Shown here in pieces: positions 34,018-45,172 of a stretch of DNA of 64,000 nucleotides. The notes under the pieces are model-generated. The model did no database searches. It was given only the letters and a program-made list of their open reading frames with translations, and was not told where the DNA came from. Position 1 is the stretch's first letter; each line of letters opens with the position of its first letter. A program made the position numbers and the translations under genes. Source of the stretch: an uncultured Phycisphaerales bacterium (GTDB taxonomy: Bacteria > Planctomycetota > Phycisphaerae > Sedimentisphaerales > Anaerobacaceae); the NCBI GenBank assembly GCA_963772725.1, contig CAVYYI010000005.1, forward strand, positions 64,001 to 128,000, in the 5' to 3' direction.

Positions 34018-35703
34018 TCATTTATCTTTATTTTTGTTCCTGCCTTTATCTTTGTCCCTGGTGTCACCGCCTTGCTGGCGTTCCTCAACCGGATTTGGCG
34101 GCAGACCTCCTTTTGACTTACCCGAATCGACAGCCCTGCCTGCAATCGGCGACTTGGGAATCTTAACCATCTCCGGCCTGGTCACACGTACCTCACGCGG
34201 CAAAACAACCGCAGGTGTGTGATCGGCGGGTTTAGCAACAGAACCTTTGCGCTCCATAGGTGCAGACACCGGCTCTTTATGTTCAGAGGGCTGTGTTACA
34301 GGGCTTTTGCGTTCCATAGGTTGAGTAATAGAGCCATTGTGTTCCACAGGCGCAGATACGGGTTCTTTATGTCCAGATGGTTGCGTCACAGGACCTTTGC
34401 GTTCTATAGGTGCAGATACCGGCTCTTTATTTTCAGAAGGTTGTGTTACAGGACTTTTGTATCCTATGGCTGGCTGGGTAGTTTTTTGAACGATTGGCGC
34501 GGATTCCCAGCGGTTGCGTTCCTCGCGAAACTTTGATACCTCGGTTGCCTGTGCGGTAATCTCCTTTTGTGTTTTGGTATCGATCTGCTCGAACCTCATC
34601 GTTGCCCTGCTTGCAACTACATCAGTCAAGGGACGTGCTATACGAATGTTCTTTCGCTGCTGTTCAGGCATTGCGGCCTGCCGCGTCTCCATCTCGTGAT
34701 AAGTTCTGGGCGGGCGAAGGTTCCTGTCTGCACGGCGAAGATCGTATTCATGACGCGAATGCTCATCCCAATCAGATTCTGTTCGGCGATTATGCCATCG
34801 GTCATACACATAGATCGGGTCATACCAGGTATGGAACCGCTCGCTTTCAAACTGTGGAAAAATGCCGAGACTCAGGTAGGCGTCATCATAGTAATCACCG
34901 AAGTAGTAGTGGCTATAACGCAGGTAGGTAAACAGATTCAGCTGCAGCATGCCGATATCGATGACTATACTTGGCGAGTAGGAAAACCCTCTCCGAACAT
35001 ATACTGACTGCGGAAAATAGACCGGCGCAAACAGCATGCCGCGTCGTTCCAGCGAGTAGTCCCAATGACCCGGCGAGAAGATATAGCCTCGCGGTGTCCA
35101 AATGTAATGAGACGGTCCCCATACCCACCCCTGCTGTGCTGCCAGCCAGTACCCTGGCCGCCTGACATAGTGATCCTGGTACCAGTATTGACATGAGGGC
35201 ACCCAAATATTGTTTTCCGATGGCGGCGGACCTGGCGGCTGCACATCTTCTAATGCCGGAGGGGCCGGCAGATATTCGATTTCTTGAATGCCGGACTGTG
35301 CCCAGAAACCAGCTACCCACTCCCAGCCTTCATTGACCCTGGCCCAGTAGCCTGGTACCCAGGACATATTCGGCGGCGCGGCGCGCCAGCATTCACTGAC
35401 CCAAATATAATCATTGCGGTCGGCATCCCATGACCAATATCCCGGAACGAGGACGAATTGATCGCCCGTCGGTCTTTGCACCGGTGCTATTTCCGTGATA
35501 TTGGCAGGCGGTGGTTTCGGTGCTACCAGTCCTGCCTGCACATGGAGGTTGACCGGCTCGGCAAAGGCTTCATGCACCGGCCCGCGTGTCAAAACTTCCG
35601 GCTGCTCCTGAGACGGTATTGGCGGCGGCTGCTCAGCGGCTGCGTTATAGAGCGGGTAAGACCAAAGAACCAGCATTATCACTATCATGATTTCAGTTTT
35701 CAT
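34018..35703 (-). CDS. Secreted WxxGxW (YXWGXW) repeat protein with a repetitive Pro-rich tail
   Basis: Signal peptide; WVPGYW, WVAGFW, RRPGYW, FSPGHW. Confidence 0.8.
   Translation of the reverse strand: MKTEIMIVIMLVLWSYPLYNAAAEQPPPIPSQEQPEVLTRGPVHEAFAEPVNLHVQAGLVAPKPPPANITEIAPVQRPTGDQFVLVPGYWSWDADRNDYIWVSECWRAAPPNMSWVPGYWARVNEGWEWVAGFWAQSGIQEIEYLPAPPALEDVQPPGPPPSENNIWVPSCQYWYQDHYVRRPGYWLAAQQGWVWGPSHYIWTPRGYIFSPGHWDYSLERRGMLFAPVYFPQSVYVRRGFSYSPSIVIDIGMLQLNLFTYLRYSHYYFGDYYDDAYLSLGIFPQFESERFHTWYDPIYVYDRWHNRRTESDWDEHSRHEYDLRRADRNLRPPRTYHEMETRQAAMPEQQRKNIRIARPLTDVVASRATMRFEQIDTKTQKEITAQATEVSKFREERNRWESAPIVQKTTQPAIGYKSPVTQPSENKEPVSAPIERKGPVTQPSGHKEPVSAPVEHNGSITQPMERKSPVTQPSEHKEPVSAPMERKGSVAKPADHTPAVVLPREVRVTRPEMVKIPKSPIAGRAVDSGKSKGGLPPNPVEERQQGGDTRDKDKGRNKNKDK
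34230..34470 (-). repeat. Intragenic degenerate 30/60-bp tandem repeat
   Basis: Encodes repeated (S/G)PVTQPSEHK-EPVSAPMERK-type units. Confidence 0.8.
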
Positions 35704-35784
35704 CTATTTTTCCTCTCTTAAAGAAAGTGTCATAACAATATTCTTTTTTTGTTAATGATATATTCATATCAAAGCTTTCTGGTT

Positions 35785-35988
35785 TCATTTAGTTTGACCG
35801 CGTAACAGGCCGCCCAGCCCGATAATAATCGCAACAATTCCGCCGATGAGAAGCCATATCGTCTTGTCGGTTGGTGAGCCGGTGAAAAAGCGAGAAACAT
35901 CAGAACTGAATGAGTTTGACGCAGAAACACCGTAAATCACAAGACCAATACCACCGGCAAGAATTGCCAGATATATTGCTTTATTCAT
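35785..35988 (-). CDS. DUF3185 family small membrane protein
   Basis: SDVSRFFTGSPTDKTIWLLIGG. Confidence 0.85.
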   Translation of the reverse strand: MNKAIYLAILAGGIGLVIYGVSASNSFSSDVSRFFTGSPTDKTIWLLIGGIVAIIIGLGGLLRGQTK

Positions 35989-36025
35989 ATAAAAACCTCT
36001 TTTAATTTTCGGCAGCACGAAATGG

Positions 36026-36176
36026 TCACACAACTCTTCGTCCGCTGATGATTCTAAACAAGACGACCACAACGGCAATCACCAGGAGAGCGTGAATTAA
36101 ACCACCCATGGTGTAGGAAGTCACCAACCCCAGGAGCCACAATACGAGCAGAATCAACAGCAATAGTGTAAAGCAT
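36026..36176 (-). CDS. lmo0937-family (DUF5670) small membrane protein (one extra base; missed by the ORF track)
   Basis: Restored frame MLYTIAVxLLVLWLLGLVTSYTMGGLIHALLVIAVVVVLFRIISGRRVV. Confidence 0.8.
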
Positions 36177-36316
36177 AACAAACCTAACCTTTCTTTTTTT
36201 GGGGGGTTTAGTGTTTACCGCACACGGCCAAGCCGCCTGACGGACCAACCCCACATACTCAATTTCCTATGTCAACTCGAAACAGTTTTTCATTACCGGG
36301 ACAGGTTAACTTTTCA

Positions 36317-37005
36317 TTATTTCCCGGAGCGTTTTTGCTTTAATTCCTCAAGATACCTTGCCGCGGCATCTTTACCGCCTAATCCAAAGGCAAGCGCCAA
36401 AGCAAGGACAATACCGCCAAGGATAATATTGAAGGTGGCAGTTACCAAAAGCGGTGCAATGCCAAGCTCTCCCAACGAAATTGTCACTGCGAAAATTATA
36501 ATCGCCCATCGACTTATACCGGCAAGTAACTCCGGTTTGGGCAAATTGGCATTACCCGCGGCTGTGCGAACTATTCCCGACACAAAACTGGCCAGAAACA
36601 TAGCAACTACCAGAACAAGCAAGGCTGCTATGACCTTCGGGACATAAGCAAATAAGCTTGCAAGAATATCCGAAGCCTTGGGCAGCCCCAGATGCATCGA
36701 CCGTCATTACTAAAACCATAATAATAATCAGCCAATAAACGATACTGCTTACCACCTCTCTGGCGGTAATTTTCAAATCGCCCTTCCTTAGGATTTCCGA
36801 TATGCCCGCCTTGTCTGCCAGCGTATCAAAGCGTAATGCCTTAAGCAGCCAGTCAACTATCCGTCTGATTGCCTTGGCCACAAGCCAGCCTACTATCAGA
36901 ATTACTAATGCACCCAGCAGGATAGGAAGATAGGCCATTATTCTGGTCAGCATTTGACGAACCGGCTCAACAATAAGATTGTCCCCATTCTATTACAGCT
37001 AACAT
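36317..37005 (-). CDS. TM-helix-repeat protein (MscS/CmpX-like; indels)
   Basis: Two repeats YLPILLGALVILIVGW / YVPKVIAALLVLVV; ALAFGLGGKD; SD ggagg. Confidence 0.8.
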
Positions 37006-37459
37006 TTTTTTTGTACCTCCCATAAAATTATTAAAATTTAAGGGTTCAAGCCGTTATATCCAAACCCTTACTATCCGCGTTATCTTTTAGAATCTCACTT
37101 TTAATATGTTTACTTTGTCTAAGTGTTTATAATACCGTCATTTCAGCATAGAGATTCCCATCCCTTTTAGTCTCTAATAGTATCCGCAAGAATAAAAAGC
37201 ACAATAAGGATAAATCCTAATTAACGCTTCGAAAAACCTTAGAATCATTGGAGCAAATTCGCCAGCTTTGCTTGAGTATAGGCACAAAGTTTCGGCGAAC
37301 AGGTTGGCAGAAAGAAAGGAATGAGGTGGAAAGCAGATAGTTGAGCATGGGAAAAAGTTAAAATAAGCCAAAAGTGATGAAAGTTAGAAAAGTACTAAAA
37401 AATGGATTTACCTACAAACGACCGGTACACCCCCTAAAAGCTGGGAAGTGATTTTCGAT

Positions 37460-37488
37460 TTGCAATCGGGGGGCGTTTGGGTTATAAA
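37460..37488 (+). promoter_or_regulatory. Putative sigma70 promoter of the sugar operon
   Basis: TTGCAA-17-TATAAA. Confidence 0.5.
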
Positions 37489-37591
37489 TTTAATCGTTTA
37501 AGGTCTGCGGCCAAAGTGTGTATTGGCTGGCAGCTCGACAGGGGCTCGCCACAAGCAGCGATGAAAAACAATTAACTGGAAGGAGTCAAAA

Positions 37592-39055
37592 ATGGCGGAA
37601 ATGAGAAAATATATAGCGGTTGACCTCGGAGCTGAAAGCGGAAGGGTAATGCTCGGAGAAGTGTCGGCGGATAAGCTCGCACTCGAACAGATTCACCGTT
37701 TCGGCAACGGGCCAATAGAAGAGAACGGCTCGCTGCATTGGGATTTCAAGCGGTTACTGTCTGAAATTAAAACGGGCATAGGAAAGGCGACCAAGCAGGC
37801 GGGCGGCAAGATTGCGGGCATAGCGGTTGACAGTTGGGGGGTGGATTTCGGGCTGCTGGACGCGAACGGCACACTGATTGAAAACCCATACAATTACCGC
37901 GACAGCAGGACCAACGGGATGATGGAAAAGGCGTTTGAGATGATGAGCAAGCGCGAGATTTATGAAAATACAGGTGTGCAGTTTATGCAGCTTAATACGA
38001 TTTATCAGTTCCTGGCGATGCGGCTGGCGAATTCAGCGGTACTTGCCAAGGCCAAAAAGCTAATTTTCGCGGCGGATTTGTTCGCGTATTATTTGTGCGG
38101 CAAGGCTTACGGGGAATATTCGCTGGCAAGTACATCGCAACTGATGGATATGAAGACCGGAAAGTGGTCGAAGAAGATTTTCAAGGCGTTGTCGCTGCCG
38201 ATTGATATTATGCCGGAAGTTGTTCAGCCCGGGACGGTTGTGGGCAAACTCACAAAGGAAATCGCCAAAGAAATCGGTTGTGAGCAAATTCCGGTTATTG
38301 CGGTCGGTTCGCACGATACTGCGTCGGCTGTGGCGGCGGTGCCGGGAGGAAACAATAACTGGGCATATCTATCCTGTGGAACCTGGAGCCTGATGGGCGT
38401 GGAGATACCAAAGCCGCTTATAAACGACAAGACATTCGAGTACGAGTTCACGAACGAGGGCGGCGTGGAGAAAACGATTCGACTGTTGAAGAACATAATA
38501 GGGCTGTGGCTCGTGCAGGAATGCAAGCGGCAATGGGAAAAGGAAGGGGTGAATCTGTCGTATACGGATATAACAAAAATGGCGGCCAAGGGTAAGCCTT
38601 TTGTGGTGAATATACCGCCGGATTATGACGGTTTCCTGTCGCCGGGTGATATGCCTAAACGGATAAATGAGTACCTGGCGAAAAGGGGACAGAAAAAAAT
38701 CGACGACAAGGGACAGATGATACGGGCGATTCTCGAAAGTCTGGCGTTCAAGTATCGCTGGGCGTTTGAGAAGCTTGAGGATATTACGGGCAGAAAGCTT
38801 GATTGTCTGCACATTGTCGGAGGCGGCAGTCAGAATGAGCTGCTGTGTCAGTTTACAGCCAACGCCCTGGGCAAAAAGGTGATAACCGGGCCGATAGAGG
38901 CGACGGCGAGCGGCAATATTCTTATGCAGGCTAAGGCGGTCGGGCAGTTGAAGTCCCTGGCGGAAATCAGGAATGTTGTTCGCAACTCGTTTGATGTTAA
39001 GGAATATCAGCCGCAGGAAACACAAATCTGGGAAAAGGAGTATAAGAGCAGATAA
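37592..39055 (+). CDS. rhaB: Rhamnulokinase-family (FGGY) sugar kinase
   Basis: DLGAESGR, DSWGVDFG, YRDSRT, SHDTASA, GTWSL, TNEGG; substrate unproven. Confidence 0.85.
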   Translation: MAEMRKYIAVDLGAESGRVMLGEVSADKLALEQIHRFGNGPIEENGSLHWDFKRLLSEIKTGIGKATKQAGGKIAGIAVDSWGVDFGLLDANGTLIENPYNYRDSRTNGMMEKAFEMMSKREIYENTGVQFMQLNTIYQFLAMRLANSAVLAKAKKLIFAADLFAYYLCGKAYGEYSLASTSQLMDMKTGKWSKKIFKALSLPIDIMPEVVQPGTVVGKLTKEIAKEIGCEQIPVIAVGSHDTASAVAAVPGGNNNWAYLSCGTWSLMGVEIPKPLINDKTFEYEFTNEGGVEKTIRLLKNIIGLWLVQECKRQWEKEGVNLSYTDITKMAAKGKPFVVNIPPDYDGFLSPGDMPKRINEYLAKRGQKKIDDKGQMIRAILESLAFKYRWAFEKLEDITGRKLDCLHIVGGGSQNELLCQFTANALGKKVITGPIEATASGNILMQAKAVGQLKSLAEIRNVVRNSFDVKEYQPQETQIWEKEYKSR

Positions 39056-39069
39056 GCTCAACAGGAAAA

Positions 39070-40396
39070 ATGGATACAATAGAAAAACTTGAGCAAAAAT
39101 TAGATAGTTTCGATTTCGGCAGAGCGGCAGGCGGCGCTGGGGAGCCTGTGTGAAAAAGCAAGAACCGGCAAAATAACGCTGGCTGCACCGGGCGAGGAGA
39201 CTAATCTGCACTGCCACACTTTTTTTTCTTATAACAGCTACGGATACTCGCCGAGCAAATTCGCGTGGCTTGCGCGGAAGAGCGGGCTTGCGGTCGGGGG
39301 TGTAGTTGATTTCGACGTACTCGACGCGCTGGAGGAATTTATCGAGGCAGGGAAAACTGTCGGGCTGAAAGCCTGCGCCGGTCTTGAAACGCGGACATTT
39401 GTGCCGGAATTCGCAGACAGGGTAATAAATTCGCCGGGCGAGCCTGGAATATCGTATCACATGGGCGTGGGTTTTCCGAAAGCGAATCTGACGGGCGAGA
39501 TTGAGAAATTTCTGCTTAATCTTCGCATGACCGCTCAGCAGCGGAATATCGATTTGACTAAGAGAGTGAATAAATATCTTTCGCCGGTGGAAGTGGATTA
39601 TGCCAAAGACGTTCTTGTTCTGACGCCGTCTGGCAACGCGACGGAAAGGCATATCTGCCTGGCTTATGCCGGAAAGCGAAAAAGATTTTCGGCGATGACG
39701 CTTTGCTGGGTAAATTCTGGTCAGAGAAACTCGGTGTAAAGCCGGAATCGCTGCAACTTCCGGAAGGAAGAAGCTTATTAGACGCGATTCGCGCCAAAAC
39801 AATGAAACAAGGCGGGGTCGGATATGTTGTGCCGGGCAAGGGTTCGTTTCCGCTGATTTCGGAAACGAATAAATTTATCCTCGCGGCGGGGGCGATACCC
39901 GCGATAACGTGGCTGAATGGATTGAGCGATGGCGAAAAGGCGATTGAAGAACTTTTCGAGGTTGAGATGAGTACCGGAGCGGCGGCGCTGAATATTATCC
40001 CTGACCGCAATTACACCCCAGGTGTAAAAGATGAAAAACTGAAAAATCTTTACCAAGTCGCAGCACTTGCCGGAAAAGCTGAATCTGCCGGTAATCGCCG
40101 GAACGGAAATGAACAGCCCAGGGCAGAAGTTTGTGGACAGTTTCGGTACAGCGGAATTAAAGCCGCTGGTGCCGGTGTTTCTTAAAGGGGCGTATATTGT
40201 TTATGCGCATTCGGTTCTTTCGAGACAGTGCGGGCTGGGATATACCAGCCAATGGGCAAAGAGTAATTTCAAAAATACGGCGGAGAAAAATGAGTTTTTC
40301 AGAACTTTGGGTGAAAAACTGACACCGGGCAGAGAAGATAAACTCGGCGGAGTGAATGAGAACATATTGCCGCGCAAGATAATGGATATAATTTAA
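39070..40396 (+). CDS. PHP-domain metallohydrolase-like protein (several indels; N-terminus absent from the ORF track)
   Basis: NLHCHTFFS, VDFD, GLETR, GTEMN assembled across frames. Confidence 0.7.
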
Positions 40397-40411
40397 CCAC
40401 TAAGGAAAATT

Positions 40412-42074
40412 ATGATAAATATACCTAAGATGCAAGAGGCGGTTCAGCTTGTCGGGCCGGACAAACTTGTATTCAATAAATCCAAGACGGTTGTGATGCC
40501 TGGCAGGTGCCAGATACTTTGCCGTGTTGAGGCGGTGGGGCTTTGTTTTTCCGACCTGAAGCTGCTAAAGCAATTTTCGAGCCACGTGCGCAAAAGCGAA
40601 ATCGTTTCCGGTATTGACGCGGCGGCACTGAAAGAGATTCCGAGTTATGTTCCGGGAGAGGCACCGGCGGTGCCTGGACATGAAACGGTGGTGAGAATTG
40701 CTGCTGTCGGGCCGGGAGTGACGAATTTCAAAGTCGGGCAGCGATACCTTGTTCAGACGGATTACCGGTGGCTCAAAACGGCGGTTTCAAACGCCGCCTT
40801 CGGATATAACCTCGAGGGAGGCCTGCAGGAATATGTTCTTCTCGATGAGAGGGTGTTTACTTCGCCGCATGGTGAATCGATGATGATACCGGTTAATGAA
40901 GAGCTTTCCGCGTCGGCGATTGCGCTGGTTGAGCCGTGGGCGTGCGTGGAGGATGCTTACGCCTCTAAGGAACGGCAGACCATAAAAGCTGGCGGTAAAA
41001 TGCTGATTGTCGCGGACGCGAATATCAAAGAGGCCGCTTTGAAAAATCTTTTCAAGAAATACGGTAAACCAGCGGAGATAACGTGGATTTCAAAGCAGGC
41101 GGCTCCGGCAGTTGATGTGACGGTAAAAAAAACGGAATTAAGTGAATTGGCGGACGGTGGTTATGACGATGTGATTTATCTCGGCAGCGATGTTAAGACG
41201 GCCGAGATGCTGTTCGCGAAAGTTGCGGCGCAGGGATTATTCAATATCGTTCAGTGCGGCGGCAGGTTCGGCAAAAATGTTGTAACGATGGTAGGTCGCG
41301 TTCATTACGGCGGGATTCGGATTATCGGGACAACGGGCGATGAGCCGACAGAGGCGATGAAATATATTCCCGCGACGGACGAAATTCGAAAGGGTGACAA
41401 GATAGACGTTATTGGCGCGGGCGGACCTATGGGTGTTATGCACGTGGTGAGAAATATCTGCCAGGGCGTCAAGGGTGTGAGTGTTTACGCTGGGGACACT
41501 GATGACAACAGGCTGGCAGCACTTACGAGGATTGCGGTGCCGCTGGCGAAGAAAAACAAGGTGCAGTATAAAACCTATAATCCAACCAGGGAAAAGGTCG
41601 ATGTCGCGTTCGATTATACGGCTGTAATGGCGCCGATACCTGCGCTGGTGGCAGGCGCGGTGAAGAATTCAGCGAGCAATGGTTTGATAAATATTTTCGC
41701 AGGCATACCCGCCAATGTTACCGGCGAGATAGACCTCGATATGTACATTGAAAAACATCTTTATTTTATCGGAACGAGCGGTTCGGTGCTTGAAGATATG
41801 AAGAGCATTTACAATAAGGTGGCGTCCGGCAGGCTCGATACGAATATTTCGATGGCGGCGGTGTGCGGGCTGCAAAACGCGGCTGAGGGAATACTGCGCG
41901 GTTGAAAACCGCCTGATAGCCGGTAAAATAATTGTTTATCCGGCGTGCAAAGGTCTGGAACTTACGACGCTTGAGAAACTCGGCGAGAAATTGCCGGAAG
42001 TGGCGAAATGTCTTAACGATGGTTTATGGAACAAAAAAGCGGAAGATGCGCTTTTGAAGGCATACAAGGCCTGA
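40412..42074 (+). CDS. Long zinc-binding (MDR) alcohol/polyol dehydrogenase (indel near 41895)
   Basis: GLCFSD, GHE, LVEPWAC, IGAGGPMG. Confidence 0.8.
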
Positions 42075-42093
42075 CAGAGAGGAAATTTAAAAA

Positions 42094-44024
42094 ATGGATA
42101 GAGATTTGGCAGAACTTATAAAAATATCAAAGGCGGCGGGACAGGATAGTCGTCTTGTTCTGGGCTGTTTCGGCAATACTTCAGTAAAAACCGATGACGG
42201 CAAGTATATGTATATCAAGGCAAGCGGCACGACGATGAAGGATATGAACGAGCAGAGCGGCTGGAGAAGACTCAAGCTTCAATCCGTGCTGGCGATACTG
42301 AATGACCCGGCGATTCTTGAGCTGGCAGGCGACAAGAGGGCGGACAGGGTAACGGCGGGACTATTAAGCACATGTGATGACGAGACAGCCGCGGACGTCA
42401 AGCCGTCGATAGAATCGTGCCTTCATGCGATGCTGGATAAGTACGTGATACACGTTCATCCGCTTGCGGTGCTGAGATATGTTTGCGCGAAAAACGGCAG
42501 GGCAAAGATTGAAGGGCTTTTCGGGCAGGAGAAGTATCCACCTCTGTGGGTTCCTTATGTCGGGCTTGGTTATCCGCTGGCGAAAAAGATTCAGAAGCTC
42601 ACGGATGAATATATCAGGCAGTACGGTCGGAAACCCGCGATAATGTTTCTTGAAAGTCACGGACTTTTTACGTCGGCGGGCAGTTCGGCATCGGCAATGT
42701 CGCTTGTGCGAAAGGTTGTGGACAGGTGCGCAGCCGAATCAAAAGATGTGCGAAAAATCACGATAAGTGAACCTGACACACAGGCGCTCAATGACGCGGC
42801 GATGGCGATTCGCTCGGCATTATTCGAGGCGAGCGGCAAATATGCGACAGTCAGGCATTTCTGTAATGAAACTATAGTTGAGTTTATGACCAGAAAAAAC
42901 TCGCAGAATCTTTGCGCGTCAGCAGCGGTTACACCGGATGAATATTATTACTGCAATGGGCCTGCGATGTGGCTGGAAAAATGGGATAAAAAGACTATTT
43001 TGGCCAAATTTAATCGTATTAAAAAGACCGGGCAGGATTTGCCGGTCGCATTTTTAGTTAAGCCGCTGGGCCTGTTTATTGCAGATGATAAAAACCGCTC
43101 GGAATTTCTAAAAGATGTTGTTACGACATACCTGTCAGTAAGAGGTTTTGCCGCAGGTATCGGCGGAGTGAAATCGCTGAGCAGGCCGCAAAGGGAATTT
43201 ATCGTTAAGACTGATTCGGCAGATGATGGAATACTCAAAAACCGAATCGCGATAATTACAGGCGCAGGCAGCGGGCTGGGCAGAAGTATCGCGGTTGGTC
43301 TTGCAAGGACGGGCGCGAAAGTTGTACTGGCGGATATTGACACCAAGGCAGCCGAGGAGACATATAGTATTATCAAAAGCGAACTGCCGAAAACGGAGAT
43401 GATGGTGGTCGGCTGCGATGTTACGAATGAGCAAAGCGTGGATGAATCATTCAGCGGGCTGCTGAAAAGATTTGGCGGACTGGATATCCTTGTAAACGCT
43501 GCTGGGTTGCGCCGGCTTATGCGCTGGTGGATTTGCCGGTAAATAAATGGAGGTTCGCGCTGGAGGTGAACCTGACGGGATATTTCCTGATGGCGCGGGC
43601 GGCGGCGAGAATTATGATAAAGCAGGCTATCGGCGGGAGCATAATAAATATCAGTTCCAAATCGGGGCTGGATGCGAGCAAGAACAATACGCCTTACAAT
43701 GCTACAAAGGCCGGCGAACTGCACATGGCACGAGGCTGGGCGATGGAACTGGGGCAGTACGGCATAAGGGTCAATTCAGTTTGCCCGGGCAATGTTTTTG
43801 AAGGTTCGAAAATCTGGAATCCCGAATATATCAAGGTCTGCGCCAAAAAGTATGGCATAAAGCCGGAAGAAGTGATACCCTATTATGTAAGCAGAACTTT
43901 TTTGAATCGCGAAATCAAAGGTCAGGACATTGCCAACAGTGTGGTATTTCTGTGTTCGGATAAGGCCAGAACAATTACCGGCCAGTCGCTCGTCGCTGAC
44001 AGCGGCCAGGCTATGGTCAGGTAG
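42094..44024 (+). CDS. Bifunctional class II aldolase / short-chain dehydrogenase (indel near 43508)
   Basis: GNTSVK, IKASG, PSIE..LH, HVH, ESHG; TGAGSGLG, NAAG, YNATK. Confidence 0.85.
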
Positions 44025-44134
44025 AAAGTTTAATTTGCGAAGTTTCCACTTTAGTTGGGTAATTTGTTGATGGTACAGTACATGGTTACCATCTTCACTG
44101 CCTCGGCATTTTCTAAATTTAGATGTTCATATCT

Positions 44135-44401
44135 TTAATCTGCGGTAGGCAGTTGATACAGGCCGTGTCCGCTGTCCTGGAGTTTCCCCTGGCGGCACAA
44201 TTCCTGCCAGACTTCGCGAGGAAACTGGTTCGGAGGCTGTATTGCAAAAACGCCTTTAGCTCCGCTGGAAAAGGGGCCGCGTCCGAGGCTTGAATCGTCA
44301 TCGAGGGCAGTGAGTTTCAGTCTTTTCTTGAAGGCTTTCATTGCGCTCTTGAGTATTTCGGGCGATATGCCGCTGCCTTGCGGTTGCTGTTGTTCTGTCA
44401 T
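44135..44401 (-). CDS. Small hypothetical protein
   Basis: 88-aa ORF downstream of efp with SD ggag; KAFKKRLKL..LDD motif. Confidence 0.7.
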   Translation of the reverse strand: MTEQQQPQGSGISPEILKSAMKAFKKRLKLTALDDDSSLGRGPFSSGAKGVFAIQPPNQFPREVWQELCRQGKLQDSGHGLYQLPTAD

Positions 44402-44426
44402 AATTATGTCTCCGAACTTTTGTTTA

Positions 44427-44987
44427 TTATTCTTTGACTCTTGTTACATAGAGACCGGTACGGGTATCAACGCGGATGATTTCTCCGAGTTTGACAAAGG
44501 CAGGAACCTGCACGACAGCGCCGGTATCGAGTGTGGCGGGTTTAGTCTGGCTTTGCGCGGTGGCGCCTTTGATTTCCGGGGCGGTCTCGACAATTTTTAA
44601 ATCAACGGTGTTGGGCAGCGTGATGATGACGGGCTTATCCTCGAATAAATCTATGGTTACCTGCATATTGGGCTTGAGGTATTTCAGGGCATCGCCGAAA
44701 ACAGCATTATTAAGGGTTATCTGATCGAAGGTTTCCATATCCATAAGGATGTGTTCGGAACCTTTTGAATAGAGGTATTCGTATAACTTTTTCTGGAGTT
44801 CGACCTCTTCGAGATACTCTTCTGAACGGACACGGATGTTCTGAATCAAGCCGTCAGCAATACTTTTTATTTTAGTCTGATAGACAGCGCCTCCCTTGCC
44901 AAGTTTGACGTGTTCGAAATCAACGATTGTATAAAGCTTACCCTCGACTTTTATAATCTGGGCTTTTTTCATTTCGGCTGCTTTCAT
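44427..44987 (-). CDS. efp: Elongation factor P
   Basis: HVKLGKGGA loop, YEYLY, KPATLDTG...VP.F...IRVDTRTG.Y. Confidence 0.92.
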   Translation of the reverse strand: MKAAEMKKAQIIKVEGKLYTIVDFEHVKLGKGGAVYQTKIKSIADGLIQNIRVRSEEYLEEVELQKKLYEYLYSKGSEHILMDMETFDQITLNNAVFGDALKYLKPNMQVTIDLFEDKPVIITLPNTVDLKIVETAPEIKGATAQSQTKPATLDTGAVVQVPAFVKLGEIIRVDTRTGLYVTRVKE

Positions 44988-45172
44988 GATACCTTATGCC
45001 TGCTCCTAACTAAAACTGTAAAAATGGTTAACGGCCTGATTTAATGTCCCAAAATTGGGCGTAATTGTCAAGAAGTAACTGGTCAGTTACTTTTACAAAA
45101 GTAAAAATTAAGTGAAACAAATCCGGTCGATTAGGGTATAATAAAGTCAGGAAAAAATAAGGCGAACATAAA

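Noticed and set aside
34230..34470. CRISPR-like periodicity
   Set aside because: Degenerate in-frame coding repeats without unique spacers; no cas genes in the window
38369..39802. 477-aa - strand ORF antisense to rhaB/PHP
   Set aside because: Shadow of G-rich sense genes; unnatural composition
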